From the NCBI GenBank assembly GCA_964016885.1, contig OZ024742.1:82460001-82524000 (forward strand): 64,000 nt of DNA, given 5' to 3'. The position numbers and the translations under genes are program-made. Below, piece by piece: positions 41,675 through 55,299 of this stretch. The DNA comes from Eledone cirrhosa (taxonomy: Eukaryota). The notes beneath the pieces were generated by a model. That model searched no databases and was not told where the DNA came from. It was given only the letters and a program-made list of their open reading frames with translations. Each line of letters opens with the position of its first letter. Position 1 is the stretch's first letter.

Positions 41675-41725
41675 TTAATAAAAAACAATGAAATAAAAAC
41701 AAAGAACAAGTTCCTTATATTAAAA

Positions 41726-41934
41726 AATTCATCATTTTACGATCTTTTCTAGGATGCATAAATCTGTGTTGTTTTTTTTCAATAAACAAACTTCATCATT
41801 TCTGAAGACAGCATGTACATGTGAAGGTATGTATATTTCCTCTGATAATTTGTAATATTTTTACATAGAGCTATATGATATACATACCAACACACATATG
41901 CATCCTAGAAACGATCGTAAAATGCTGTTGAATT
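41726..41934. mobile_element. Fold-back element (arms ~41726-41771 and ~41888-41934) with canonical hammerhead at 41797-41924
   Basis: CATTT-CTGAAGA-(long stem II)-GAAAC-GATC-GTA-AAATG. Confidence 0.7.
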
Positions 41935-43596
41935 ATGTTTTCTATGTATAAAAATCAATAGTATTATAAATTTTATAATATTCTTAACGTTGAAATGCCA
42001 GATTTGAACGTTAAAAGAGTGTCTTATTTGATAGCTTTTGAATTCTTCTGACGGCTTGTCGGTTGTTTCATGGTGACACGCTTGGATTTGAAAAGCAATT
42101 ATTGTATATAATTCGGAGATTATGGCCACTTTCCATAAAGAACATATATATATATATATATGGGGGGGGGGTGCTTGTCTATCTATGTATGTGCCCGAGT
42201 ATCTGTGAGGGAGTGTTTATGTTTTGTCATTTATATTGTATTTTCGATATAAATGTCTGTTTCATGATATTATTCAAAGTACGCTTACAAAACCACTTCT
42301 TATTTGACATCGACATTTTATTAAGTAAAAACAAAAGACAGTAGAAATGTATATTCTTTCTATATCTTGAAGATTTGAAGCTCGATAAGAATGTGTTTGT
42401 AATTGGTATGAGGTGTGTGGAGATAAACGCAATTTAAACCAGCAAAGAAACATATAGAAACAATAGAAAATAATGTGCGTGACATTTCTCTAAATTTATT
42501 GGCGAAATGCTGTTTTTCCTTTTCTCCGGTTTCTTTGAATAATCTGCTTCAAATCTCCGGCGGACGTTTTTACGCAGTTTTCCAATGCAAATAAATGTTC
42601 AAGGGAGATAAGCCTATAATACTCTACAAAGCCACGGACTGAACTAAACGTCTAGTACAGAATAATGAGTAGCCGGCGCCGTATTGAATTTGCTTTGACG
42701 TTAATTGGTGAATGCCGAATATATCTCGAAGTGTACGATTCATGTCAAAGCTGATGTGATTGAAATTTAGTATTAGTGATTCTATTCATACATCTCTCTG
42801 TATATACGCTCTGATATATGTAACTATTGTTATATTGAAATGCTGGATTACTTTTATTTCATATATGGGTATCACACTTTTGTTTTGTTGTTGTTGTTTA
42901 TTCCCATCCCAGCTCTGAAAAAATAGGATATCATACTGGTCATCGGTTGATAGTCTATTTTCGACTTGCAGTTATATTGTCTCAAATACAAGATATATCA
43001 AAATACAAAAGGATACTTGCTCAAACTTCGAAATGTAGATATATATTATATAGTAACATGTTGTATTACATCGGGCTGTTTATTTCTATAAGGTTCTCAA
43101 GATGGCGGTGAACAGTGTGTATATCGTTTGGTACCCAAAAGATGATGGTCCACGACAAATTAACTATTTGTTTCCCAGAAGAAAGATTTTACTAGATGAT
43201 GTTATATATACTGCAGATATATTTTTATGTCTTTCGAAATAGAATGAATGGTTTTCTGTTTTTCGTATGCTGTTGTTGCAATGTGATGATATATATGTGT
43301 ATGTTTTTGGGGGTTTTATATTTTTGGGAAGTAAGTTTAGAGTTTGCTCCAACTTTATATTGTGACCAACGAGAGATTAGGTGATATCTAACAAACACAT
43401 AGACTGAAGGCAATATAAATACACATATGGCGGGCTCACCCTCCCTGTATGCAAAAACGGGTTTGCCATAATGGTACCAAAATGCAAAAGCATCTCACAG
43501 GATTTGCTCTTAATGAAAGAGAAAAATCCAATACAAACTGCGATTTCATGAATCAAAACGGGGGGTGACTTAAGCACAACTGACCTGGTATTTTAA

Positions 43597-43767
43597 TTAT
43601 TCCGAGAACGACAAAATAGTTGCCAACGGATATTGATGCTCGATACCATTATGTGCATATGAAGTATAGTTGCCATGAATCAGAAATGGCTCCTTCACAA
43701 AAGACTGTCCTGTTCGGCATTGCACATATTCTCCGAAAACTGGCCAGGAACCACGGGGCCAGGCCTT
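43597..43767 (-). CDS. Candidate terminal coding exon of an unknown host gene (KAWPRGSWPVFGEYVQCRTGQSFVKEPFLIHGNYTSYAHNGIEHQYPLATILSFSE*)
   Basis: Strong acceptor ttctgtctttgctttttatacag| followed by 56 open codons of unique, GC-richer sequence. In phase with exon 50212-50330. Confidence 0.45.
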   Translation of the reverse strand, partial: KAWPRGSWPVFGEYVQCRTGQSFVKEPFLIHGNYTSYAHNGIEHQYPLATILSFSE

Positions 43768-44133
43768 CTGTATAAAAAGCAAAGACAGAATTGCAAACAA
43801 TTAATGAAAATCGAACTATAATAAACTTATTAAGAAGTTCAACTTACTATTTGTAGGCGGGTTATCACTGGGAGTTTAAACAATAATATTGAAACGAAAT
43901 CATCGGATATGACTGATAAAGTTTTGATTGTTTTTCTACTCACGCGGTGCTGTAATTAAGCCAATATAATTAAGATAATGTTATTAAGCATTACGTAAAT
44001 GGCTAAGAGCAGCTTCATCAGCTAGGAATTAGCTCTTCGGAACAGGTCAAACACGATCCCACTGTCTTGGTATGAATTCGCCATTAAAGTAGTAAGCTTT
44101 ATAGATAATGGAATGGATTTAAGCTAGCACTGC

Positions 44134-44232
44134 CTATTTTGGTGAGAAGAGGTTTCCAGTGTCTTTCTTCTTTTCTTTAATTTGATAAAAATAAAAACTG
44201 AAAACCGGATACAAAGCAGTCGACCAGACTTT
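44134..44232 (-). CDS. Candidate duplicated alternative terminal exon (KVWSTALYPVFSFYFYQIKEKKKDTGNLFSPK*)
   Basis: Acceptor ttttttctgtctacag|. The upstream intronic 100 bp (44233-44336) is paralogous to 43768-43866, and the first codons align (K-x-W..PVF). Confidence 0.35.
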   Translation of the reverse strand, partial: KVWSTALYPVFSFYFYQIKEKKKDTGNLFSPK

Positions 44233-44333
44233 CTGTAGACAGAAAAAACTGAATTGAATTACAAACAATTAATGAAGATAAAACTACAATAAACAGAGTA
44301 AAAGAGTTCAAATTAAAATTTGTATGCGGGTTA

Positions 44334-44414
<81 letters not shown>

Positions 44415-44461
44415 GGAAAAAAGATGAAATCGAAAATGCACCTGGGGTCTTATTTAAAAAA

Positions 44462-45692
44462 ATATATATATATATTTATTTGGTTCCTTTACCGGTTTCG
44501 CAGTTCTTCTGCTTTTCAAAAGTAGAGTTGAGATGGAGGGTCTGTGGTTTTTCTCACATCTGGTTGGTCTTTGGATGTTACTTGTTTCATATCGAAAAAG
44601 TGGCTCGAAACGCCAGGTTTTTAGAGAAGTAATTTGATTGGTTGGTGAATAAGTATAATAAATTTCGCGCCAGTTCGCGTTACAAAGTTCTTCAAACAAA
44701 GGGGGGGGGGTCTCAGGTTGTTTTTTCACATATGAGTGAAGTTTGGTTGGTTGATGCATCCACGTGAATAAGCACATCACTTTCGCGCCAGTTTGTTTGA
44801 ATTACCTTTTATTTTAAAAAAGTGGCACGAAAGCTTTTTTTTATAAATGTAATTTCATTGGTTATAAATGGAATTATTGCTGTCACGTGAACAAGTTCAT
44901 TAAATTTCGCGCCCTTATTTTGGAATTTATTTTGTAGCCTTTTAGAGAATTTTATGACAAACAAAAGATAATTGTTTCTACTTTAGGCACAAGGCCAGCA
45001 ATTATCCCAGAGTATAAGTGGTAGTTTATTGTATCGATCCCGTAGGGATGAAAGGCAAAGTTAACCTCGGCGGGATTTGAACTCAGTCCCGAAAGGGACG
45101 TAACTGTGCTGCAAAGCATGGCGTCCAACCCTCTACCGATACTGCCAATCCATCGCCCTTGACAAACAAAAGATAATGGTCAAGAGAAATGGGATGGGGA
45201 GAATTGTTCTGGTTCAGTGAATATGGCTGGTTCGCTGGGGTGTTAGAATTCCGACTTTCGATTGAAGTAAAGAAAGTAGAGATATGGATGTTTATTTATG
45301 CGCTTGTGTGTGTGTGTGTATAGGAAGATGATTCTATTAGTAGAAATGGGGGAGGGAGTTGTGTGTGTGTATGGGTGTTATGTGAGTGTGTGTGTGTGTG
45401 GGAGTATGTTAAGATGGAGAGAATATATATATTTTGTGTGTGTATGTGTGTAGGAAAGTAATTCTATGAGTAGAAATGGGGGAGGGAGTTATGTGTGAGT
45501 GGGGGTGTGGTTAGCAAGTTAAGGTGTTAAAGTATTAACGTATGTTAAGGTTTATTTATTTCTAGTTTTTATTTTCTAGAAGGTGTTATGTGTGTGTGTA
45601 TGTATGTGTCTGTTTGGATGGTTAGCATGTTATGGTGTTGACATAATGTATATTAAACTATATTTAATGCTGGTCTATATTTTTGAATAAAC
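44462..45692 (-). mobile_element. Second, opposite-orientation copy of the 39040-40255 element
   Basis: Minus-strand HHR at 44487-44522: CTT-TTGAAAA-GCAG(aagaa)CTGC-GAAAC-CG-GTA-AAG. Shared internal blocks and shared SINE. Confidence 0.75.
44968..45158 (-). mobile_element. tRNA-derived SINE, same family, with 17-bp TSD GACAAACAAAAGATAAT
   Basis: Reverse complement of the family. TSD copies at 44956-44972 and 45161-45177. Confidence 0.9.
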
Positions 45693-45736
45693 ATATATAT
45701 ATTTATATATATATACATATATATATATATTTATAC

Positions 45737-45790
<54 letters not shown>

Positions 45791-45799
45791 AAAATTAAA

Positions 45800-46633
<834 letters not shown>

Positions 46634-46708
46634 GTAGGAGGTGAGTTTTATTGTAGCACAATAAGGGAACACTTTTAACCATCTTTTGATCTTATATTAT
46701 ATATATAT

Positions 46709-47765
46709 CTAAGGCCGGTAAAATTCCCGAGATCCATGGACGAGTTCTCTCCAGCGGTCTCTGTCCCTCATTATCGCTGCCATGTCCTGCATCTCCAACA
46801 GACCAGTGTCTGTCCTTAGGGCATCACCATACGTTAACCTTGGTCTTCCTCTTCTAGTGTGTCCATGTAGGGGCTCCCAAAGGAGTACTGAGGGCAATGT
46901 CAACTCTGGATGTCGGTGAGCATGTCCAGCCAACCTCAGTCTCCTCTGTGTCACTTTTGAGCTGCCTTTTGGGATGCTCTCATACAGCTCTGAGTTTTTC
47001 ATCGTCAGTGTATACTGATTAATGTTCAGAGCCATCCTCAGCATTTTTGTGTAGCACCCATCCACCATCTGAGTGAGTTTCTTGGTCAGTGTCCAAGTCT
47101 CAGACCCATACAGCAGCACATACTCCACTACAGCAATGAAGAGGCGGATTTTCAGGTCTCTACGAGGTCCGACTTCCACACCAATTTCAAGCTGTGGCAC
47201 GCCGCACAGGCCTTACTCTTCCTCTCAACCACATCATCTTCCGTATTCCCAATCTTTGCTCCCAAATACAGGAAGTCCTCAACCAATTCCAGCGGCTTCC
47301 CGCCTACGTTAGTGATCCCCTCTGGCTTCTCAACATTCTCTACCAGATATTTTGTTTTAGTCTCATTCATTCTCAGCCCCACACTCATCGACACAGTCTC
47401 AACCTCCCGCATCAAATCCTCTGCCTCCTTCACTGTATTTGTCACCAAAATTATGTCGTCGGCAAATTCAGCATCCGATACCTTTTCGCCCTAACTCTCC
47501 TGCTCTGAGCCGGTGCTACAGTAAAGCCAGAGTCCGGGTGTTTCTCCAGTGCAAGACGCATACAATAGTCCACTACGATGATAAAAAGGTAGGGAGCCAG
47601 TGTATCTCCCTGGAGCACTCCAGCCAGTATCTCAAAGAACTCTGTCATCCCATCAGCTGTAATGACTTGGGCTTTGTTGTTGGTGTAGAGCAGTGATATA
47701 AGCCTGTAAGATCTTCATCAGGCAGTAACGGTCCACAGAATCAAAGGCCTTCCTAAAGTCAATGA
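46709..47765 (-). mobile_element. RTE-like LINE, 3' part (RT domains to C-terminus), ending at (TA)n
   Basis: IDFRKAFDSV, GVLQGDTLAPYLF, a frameshifted FADD region, DFLYLG, LLYGSETWTLT, RRLRLAGH and RRGRPRLTY. Confidence 0.9.
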
Positions 47766-47769
47766 GCCC

Positions 47770-48864
47770 GTGAGGAGTGTGATGATCGGGAGGAAGAGCC
47801 AGCTCATCACTACATCGGCAGTGAAGAACACAACAAATGCTGCAGTAGGAGGAGTGGGTTTTGTGTTCAGTGCAAAAACCAATCTGTGCAAAAACCAATC
47901 GGTGAGGGAAATAATGCCTATCTCCCCGCGAGTGTTGAGGGTGACCTTCAATGGAAACCCAAGACTGACAGTCATCTCAGCCTATAGTCCAACCGAGGGG
48001 GACAGTGATGTGAATGCGGAAGAGTTCCATGAGGAGGTGTGTAGAGCTGTCAACACCACTCAGGCACACAATATCATGCTTGTTTTGGAGGACTTCAATG
48101 CACATCTGAGTAAGGGGGGCAGTGAAGATCCTTGCTGGTACTTCCATAACAACACCAACCGAAATGGAAGACTACTGAGAGACACCCTGCTGGAGGCGAA
48201 CTTGATGGCGACCAACCTAAGGTTTAGGAAGAATCTGGGGAAGATGTGGACCTACATCTCAGATATGCACCTGTCCAAGTCCCAGATTGATTTCATTCTG
48301 GTGAGGAAAAAGTGGCGGAATAGTGTTCTGAACACGGAACCATACAGCTATTTCAGTACACTGGGTAGTGACCACCGGCTTGTCCGCGTGAGCTTAGAAG
48401 GAGCAAGGCTCAGCCCGGGAGAACAATATATGACTGGGGAGCTTTCAAGGAAGATGATAAGCTACAGGAGAGGTTCACAGTGGAAGTGAGAAACAGGTTT
48501 AGTGCTCTGTGTGGAGAGTCAGAGGAGAGAGAGATTGGATGGACTGAGGAGAGTGTTACGTGGAGGTACGGGCACTTCACCAATGCGGTGGCGGAAGCAA
48601 GTGAAACCCTGGTGCCGAGGAAAAAGAACAGAGGGAAGCACGTCAGCTCTGCAAACCCAAAAGTGTGTGCAGCCAGAGAACACCTGAAAGCTGCCAGGGA
48701 CCAATTCTATGCTGATCCTACGGAGGAGAGGATGGAAACTGTGGAATTGATGAGGGAAGAGCTCTGTACCGCTTACACTGAGGTCAGAGAGGAGGCACTG
48801 ATAGAGAAGATCAGAAGTGTGGAGAGAGCGGTTGACAGATCTGGATGTAAGGAGAGCTGGATGA
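47770..48864 (+). mobile_element. Inverted 5' part of the same LINE (APE endonuclease + linker)
   Basis: GVGF, SAYSPT, DFNAH, NRNG..L, WTY..SQIDFILV, SDHRLV, VRNRFSAL. Ends abruptly in (TA)n. Confidence 0.88.
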
Positions 48865-48940
<76 letters not shown>

Positions 48941-48981
48941 GATATTAACAAATGGAAACTATATTTATAAAACCTTATTTA

Positions 48982-49043
48982 TTTCATTATACATATTTCA
49001 AGGACACCAAGTTAAATTATTGGTGTGCTTTCATCAGATAAAA
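48982..49043 (-). ncRNA. Type I hammerhead ribozyme with canonical core
   Basis: TTTTAT-CTGATGA-AAGcACACCAA(..)TTGGTGTcCTT-GAAA-TATGTATA-ATGAAA. Confidence 0.78.
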
Positions 49044-49122
49044 TATAATATAGATCAGTTTTATAAATAAATATTGACATACCCTTAAAAAATGCAACCA
49101 TTACTGTTGGAAGCTCCCGGAT

Positions 49123-49219
<97 letters not shown>

Positions 49220-50211
49220 ATGTGGTATGTGTGTGTATATATATGTGTGTGTATATATATATGTGTGTATATAATAAAAGTTTGAAATATTTCTACCGAT
49301 AAATTCGGAAAGATGTAAACCCATACTATGAAAAATATACAAATGACCATTATATTTATTTCTAATATATTTGCGTTTGTTCTAATTTTATCGATGAACA
49401 CATTTTAATAAAATTGTTGGTGCGCTCCGTCCATTCATTTATACTCGTCGCTTTTGTTATATACATAAACATCTACACACAAATACATAAAGAGATAAAG
49501 AGACAAAAGCTGTGGAAACACACACCCACAAATACACACACATCTACACATTCATATTAATAAATAGACACATTATACAAAATACTTATTATATACACAC
49601 AATCTATGTAATTATTGAGGGAGGAAGGGTGCAGTGAAATGCTACAGCTATGAGCGTTCCAAGAGTAGCTACACTTGTGTGAGTGTATGTGTGCATTTTG
49701 TGAGTATGTATGTGTGTGTGTGTTGTGCGAGCGTAAGTGTGATTCCACGTTTATATATATACTCATACATAAATGTATATATATGAATATATACACGTAG
49801 TTGTAATGAATTGTGAGGAAATGAATGAACAACAAAAGGATATCGGTTTAAAACAAGGTAGACTTACACAAAAGGTGGAAAGAAATAACATACAGCTAGA
49901 CTAAAGTCTCTTAAATAGCTCCTCTTTATTTTTTCGTCCGAGGAATGTTCACGGTTAACGCTAGTTAATATAACTCTAACTGAAGAAGTGCTGAATATGT
50001 GCTTACTCTTTAGTAAATATTCCTTAAAATAATAGGTATGAAAGAATGTATAGATATTTATAAAGATACTAGGGACACACTGTAGAGATATTTAGATAAA
50101 ACAAACTTTAAATAAACTGATACCTGTCAATAACGTTGTATTATGTTGTTTTGTTTTTTTGTGTGTGATTTGAAAGCACTTGACTGTCGGCTTTATTCTC
50201 CAAAAATTCAC

Positions 50212-50330
50212 CATGTAGTTTCCATTTGTTGTCTTCCTGTTTCTTCTACAACAGCAACTACAACGGTACGTGAAGGGGCCCACCCACATCCCCGGCAGAC
50301 AGAATATATTTGCACTGCATGTGAAAGCAC
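50212..50330 (-). CDS. Candidate internal Cys-rich exon (xAFTCSANIFCLPGMWVGPFTYRCSCCCRRNRKTTNGNYM)
   Basis: Bounded by ..ttcaaatag| and ATG|gtgaat. 119 bp (phase 1 to phase 0), GC-rich island in unique AT-rich DNA. Joins in frame to 43767 or 44232. Confidence 0.42.
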
Positions 50331-50459
50331 CTATTTGAAATGTATCAGCGATAAAAATTAGTTTTACTCTAGAACCTGTTTAGAAAAATAATAGGTAACT
50401 CTATGCCAATATTTTAACTGAATTCATATAATTTTCGTCTGTACCGCATGAGAATTTCG

Positions 50460-50637
50460 AATAACTATTTCTACGTTTGACACAAGGCTAGCCATTACCC
50501 CACTGCCTTTATTTTATCGACCCCGTAAGGATGAAAGTCGTAGTTAACCTTGGCGCAATTCGAACTCATGCCGCTCATAACCCTATGCCGCTAAGCATGC
50601 TTTCCGACGCTCTAGCAATTCTGCACATCCACCACCC
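50460..50637 (-). mobile_element. Degenerate SINE of the same family (other relics at ~28565-28752 -, ~53570-53712 -, ~53755-53900 -, ~63276-63360 +)
   Basis: TTTATCGACCCCGTAAGGATGAAAG..TTAACCTTGGCGCAATTCGAACTC is the reverse complement of the core plus B box. Confidence 0.7.
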
Positions 50638-52349
50638 TAGACTTTTGAATAACGAACAATCTTCTAAATTTTTTCGAATCTTTCTATTATATATAACTGA
50701 ACATACTGCCCTAAATAACAATTTTTTTTTAACAATCCCTGCTGTAACCAATTAATTGTTTTAACATATCTTAATATATTTTTCCGAAAAAAAAAACCCC
50801 ACTGATATATATATATCATTTAGCATGACTGAAAACCAATGCAAGCTTATGCATTTTTGCATAAGAAATTTTAATTACCTACCTAAATGTTCCTTGCTTT
50901 GATTCCTCTATTGTTCTTCATACTTGTTTTATGATATTAATTCATTTATTGTTATTTTATTAAATATATTCCTGAAGAGATACGGTCGAAAGAAAGCACC
51001 CATAATGCCGTTAATATCCAGTTTTCTCCATAAATAAATGCAATATTCTAGCCGCGTTGAAATATACATAGAGATCTATAAATAAATAATGATATATTAT
51101 CCTTGGCTTTCTTGGGATTTGAATTATAAAAAGTTGAATATATATACACATACATAAAGGAAAAAAAAACGAAAAAACCGAAGAGGGGTTATTTTTTTTC
51201 CTTTATTTTTTCGTTTATTTTTTTCGTTTTTCTTCCTTTTTTTTCCTCCTTTTTCCCTTCTGTTTTATACGTTTTCTTTCTCTCCTTTTTTACCCCAATA
51301 ACCTCCTTTAATTATTGACGCACTTCAGCTAGACATATTGTTTTAATGCGTAGAAATGGCCGTGATCTCCAGCAAACAACTGATGTCACGTGCTTCCCTC
51401 TTATATGTATATATATATATATATATTCAACAAAACGTCAATTTAAACAACTTATATTTCGGATCCATTTGGAGCCCAGAATCGTACATGTTACGTTTTC
51501 GACGGCAATAATAATAACAATAATAAATCAATAAATAAAGCCCAACAAAATATTATAGGCTAACCCGATTGTTTATAAAAAGAGAATTGTCCAAATATTG
51601 CCTGCAATGGCATTGGACGCTGTGTTAAGAGGTTACAAATCAAACACCTTGAATCAGTACCTCCTGTGCAGATATTTATCAAAGTTTAATTGACATAATA
51701 ACAAGATTGTGATGACTTGGTTTGTTTACTCAGAATCATTCTATGATTTTATATTACATTTATCTATATTTGTATATGAATATATAAGATTCTGCTAAGT
51801 CATTATATTTTTGTTTCTTGTATACATTATACACTATTATATATATATTTTTTTTTAATATGGATTTCTGGAATGAGTAGTGTAGAAGCTAATGTTTTGA
51901 GGATATTAGTTTTTCCACGCACATTTTTTACATGAAGCTTTCTAGTTGTTTTCATACCTTCCTATTTACTTTTTAACTGGTTGTGGTGTGTTTGTGTCAG
52001 AGGGCGGTCCCAAATATTTCCAGCTTTATCGATTATTAGTAAATATAGAACCGAATATTTACTTAAACAATTTGTCCTTAAAGTATATATATGGAAATAT
52101 TAGTAACGAATACATACAAATATTGCATGTATTCAAATAAACGTACACAGTCTCTTTGTCTCTCCCCCACCCTACCCCTCTATCTCTCCCTCTCTATCTC
52201 TCACTCACATTTTTTGACATAAATATTGACGAAATAATTTTTTTTTATTTCCAGTGAATAATCACAACACACTATTCTGCACACAAACACGCAGGTTCGC
52301 AAGATTAACCGAGATACACAAACACACATACACACACAAACAGACACAG

Positions 52350-52390
<41 letters not shown>

Positions 52391-52423
52391 TAAAGATCAT
52401 ATATATAAAATGTATGCGCGGCC

Positions 52424-52558
52424 TAGGGTCTCGGTGTCCAGTTATAGCTACTACTGTAATGGAGTAACAGTTCTAAAACCGGCCTCTCTCTTCAGTCGCA
52501 AGAGATGTCAGTTTTAGAGCTGCTACTTACCTATACAGTGGAAGCCGAGACTAGACCC
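52424..52558. other. ~135-bp imperfect long hairpin (MITE-like or pre-miRNA-like)
   Basis: Outer arms GGTCTCGGTGTCCA / TGGAAGCCGAGACT. Inner arms AGTAACAGTTCTAAAACCGGC / GTCAGTTTTAGAGCTGCTACT. Confidence 0.65.
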
Positions 52559-52829
52559 CGTAAACAGAGTTCGTGCTTGAAATTTAGATGTATGAAATTT
52601 AATATAAATTGATAAGTTCAGGCGTAATATATTGGCCATATTTTCCTTTGCCCTTTGTCTACGAATATCCTGCATACGCTACACACATACACACACGTAC
52701 ACGCACACACAGAGGTACATTCGGAAAAACTCACACTTTGATTTTGTTTTTTCCTATTTCGTCCAGGCAACTTAACTTTCAACGGAGGAGGATCCTTGGA
52801 GCACATAATACCTAGAAGAAGAATAGAAT

Positions 52830-53330
52830 TCAGAGAGCCACTTCCACAGTTGACAACAAAATGTTTCGCCCTACCAATAAAAAGACGACTGTTTGATGCA
52901 GGTGTGAGAGTGCGATGTTGTAAGGTAGGGAAACACAGGCTGTGACTGCGGAGAACATACGTAGACAGAAGATAAATGGATGTGCAATGCAAATGTGAGA
53001 AAAAAGCAGAGCTCGGATAAACTATGGAGAACCTTGTTTCAAGTGGAATTCGAGGCGGTGGTCCAGAGAGAAGACTGCATTTCTACACACCACCCGTGAT
53101 GTGCGTCCGCTTCAATTCCCGATCGCATACATTTGGTCATAAACCCATGATTAATGACCATATGTAAGGGTCAGCACGAACGCAGTTTTGAACATAACGA
53201 GTTTGCTTTTCACACCTACCTTCCTCTTCTGGTTATCGAGCTTTACTGTAACAACAGATGCAATCCTTGCATATATATCGACCTTGCCTTCCATCATTTT
53301 TGAAAACGGCACCGTTGTAAAAAGTAGTCA
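52830..53330. mobile_element. Two convergent RTE LINE relics (post-RT region): ~52830-53085 (+) and ~53130-53330 (-)
   Basis: Plus strand: IKRRLFDA..RET.A..RWMC..ERRL. Minus strand: KAKLVMFKTAFVLTLTYGH*SWV. Confidence 0.55.
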
Positions 53331-54580
53331 ATACCAGGGTGTGTTCTGAGAGCAATCGGATACTATCAACACGTTACGTACCCGGGCTCCTCCGCCCTTC
53401 ATGACTGTTGAGAATGGGGCAAAATGTGTTTATTGTCCATTCCTTAAATTCTAAATTCAAGTTGGTTTGAAAAGTAATACTCTATGTATTTTAATTTCTA
53501 TTTTTCTTTTATTCCCTTCAGATCAAATTGGATACAACGAAATTATCAACTTAACCCCTACAGAGAACGACTTTATCATTAGCTTTATGTTTACTGGCTC
53601 TTTAATTCCATGACTGTAATGGTGAAAGGAAAATTTGGCCTCGGTGAGATTTGAACTCATATCGTAAACGGACATAACAAAATGGTCCTAAGCATTTAGT
53701 CCTACATTCTATCGATGATTAATTGTGTCACACGGCTCTCAATTTGTGGGAGCGGCCAATTTCACCCCAGTACTTGAGTGCTGCTGTATTTTACCGACCT
53801 CGGGAGAGTAAAATTTGGTACATTGTGGCATTTGAATTCTGAGGTTGAAGTGCAAGGAAAGATGTTGCAAAGGGAAATATGTAGGGCTCTAAATATTTAG
53901 TTCAAGCAGTACCCTGTAATAAGAATTGCAAATATTAAATAACGCCTTAACTTTGTGCGGAAGCTTTTGTCAATTTTAACGCAAGTTTAAATGCACGGTG
54001 GGAGTTGAACTGAGAACGTAATGATCAGTAACTACAACATTCTCTAACGCTTCTGACAATAAAACACCCTACGCAAGGCAGTAATAATAGCAATATTAAT
54101 AGTATCGTGAACAGCAAAGAAAATAAACGAATATATTCACTGAAGGATATTGTTATTGGTCAATTAGCTGACTAGGGTAGATGGGCGAAATTGTGTGTCA
54201 TTTGACAAGATCGATGGATATATTGCGAGAGTAATGGTCTGTGGTGTTGACGAATAGGAAGTAAGTTGATGGACCGAGTAAAACAAACATCAAAAACAGA
54301 GAGAAGTGAGTAAAAAAATATATGAAGTAAAGAAAGAAAGGAATTAATGAACAAAGAAAGAAAGAATAAACGAATGAAAGAAAGATATAAACAGAAAAGA
54401 GAGAAAGAAAGAAAGATGTTGTAAGGTTGAAGATTTTTTTTTTCATTTTTACTATGATTATCTTTGAGTCTGTGTCCATTGTGTGTTTATATAGCATCTG
54501 TCAATAATGCATCCAACAAGAGTAAACCGAAATGACAATGGCAAGATAGAGTTCCTTATTACAAATTATAGGATATGAAT

Positions 54581-54647
<67 letters not shown>

Positions 54648-54783
54648 CCGTCATACATACATATATTTATTATATTTATATACATATACACATATATATA
54701 TATGTGTGTATATATGCATGTATATATGTATGTGTATATGGTTGTGTGTTTGTACACACACCCACACCTACACACACAAGCAG

Positions 54784-54876
<93 letters not shown>

Positions 54877-55299
54877 TTGTTTGCGTCTAGCTTCATACGA
54901 TATGTCGGGCGATATTGCATTTTACTTTATATACAACCTATTGGTATTTGCTTACACCGTTTATAAGTACCTTTATTATTTTAGCTGTCAGTGAGTAACG
55001 CCGATGTACCTTCCGTTCTTTTTAAACTCTTTCTATTCCACTCCATTTATATTCATCTGACAGTATCTCTATGGCCCTTGATAGAAAATGTTGATTGGTT
55101 TTTGTAATAATGGAAACAGTAAAAATGTAAAAAATAATGATTTGTTTATTAGCCACATGGGAAAATATGAAGGAAAACATGAAGGACGGTGCAGGGAATA
55201 CAAGGTGGAATTTTGTTCTTTAAAAAATGTTAACGAAATTAAAGAAACAGGGGGAAATCTATAGATTATCTGTCGTAGAGAAAGACCACACACTGCCAC

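Noticed and set aside
51661-51740. Possible signal-peptide first exon for the Cys-rich candidate gene
   Set aside because: The phase-compatible frame has an upstream TAA and no in-frame ATG, so it would need frameshifts.
52511-52521. GTTTTAGAGCT, identical to the start of the type II-A CRISPR repeat
   Set aside because: Single 11-bp match inside a hairpin, with no repeat-spacer array, no cas genes and a eukaryotic context.
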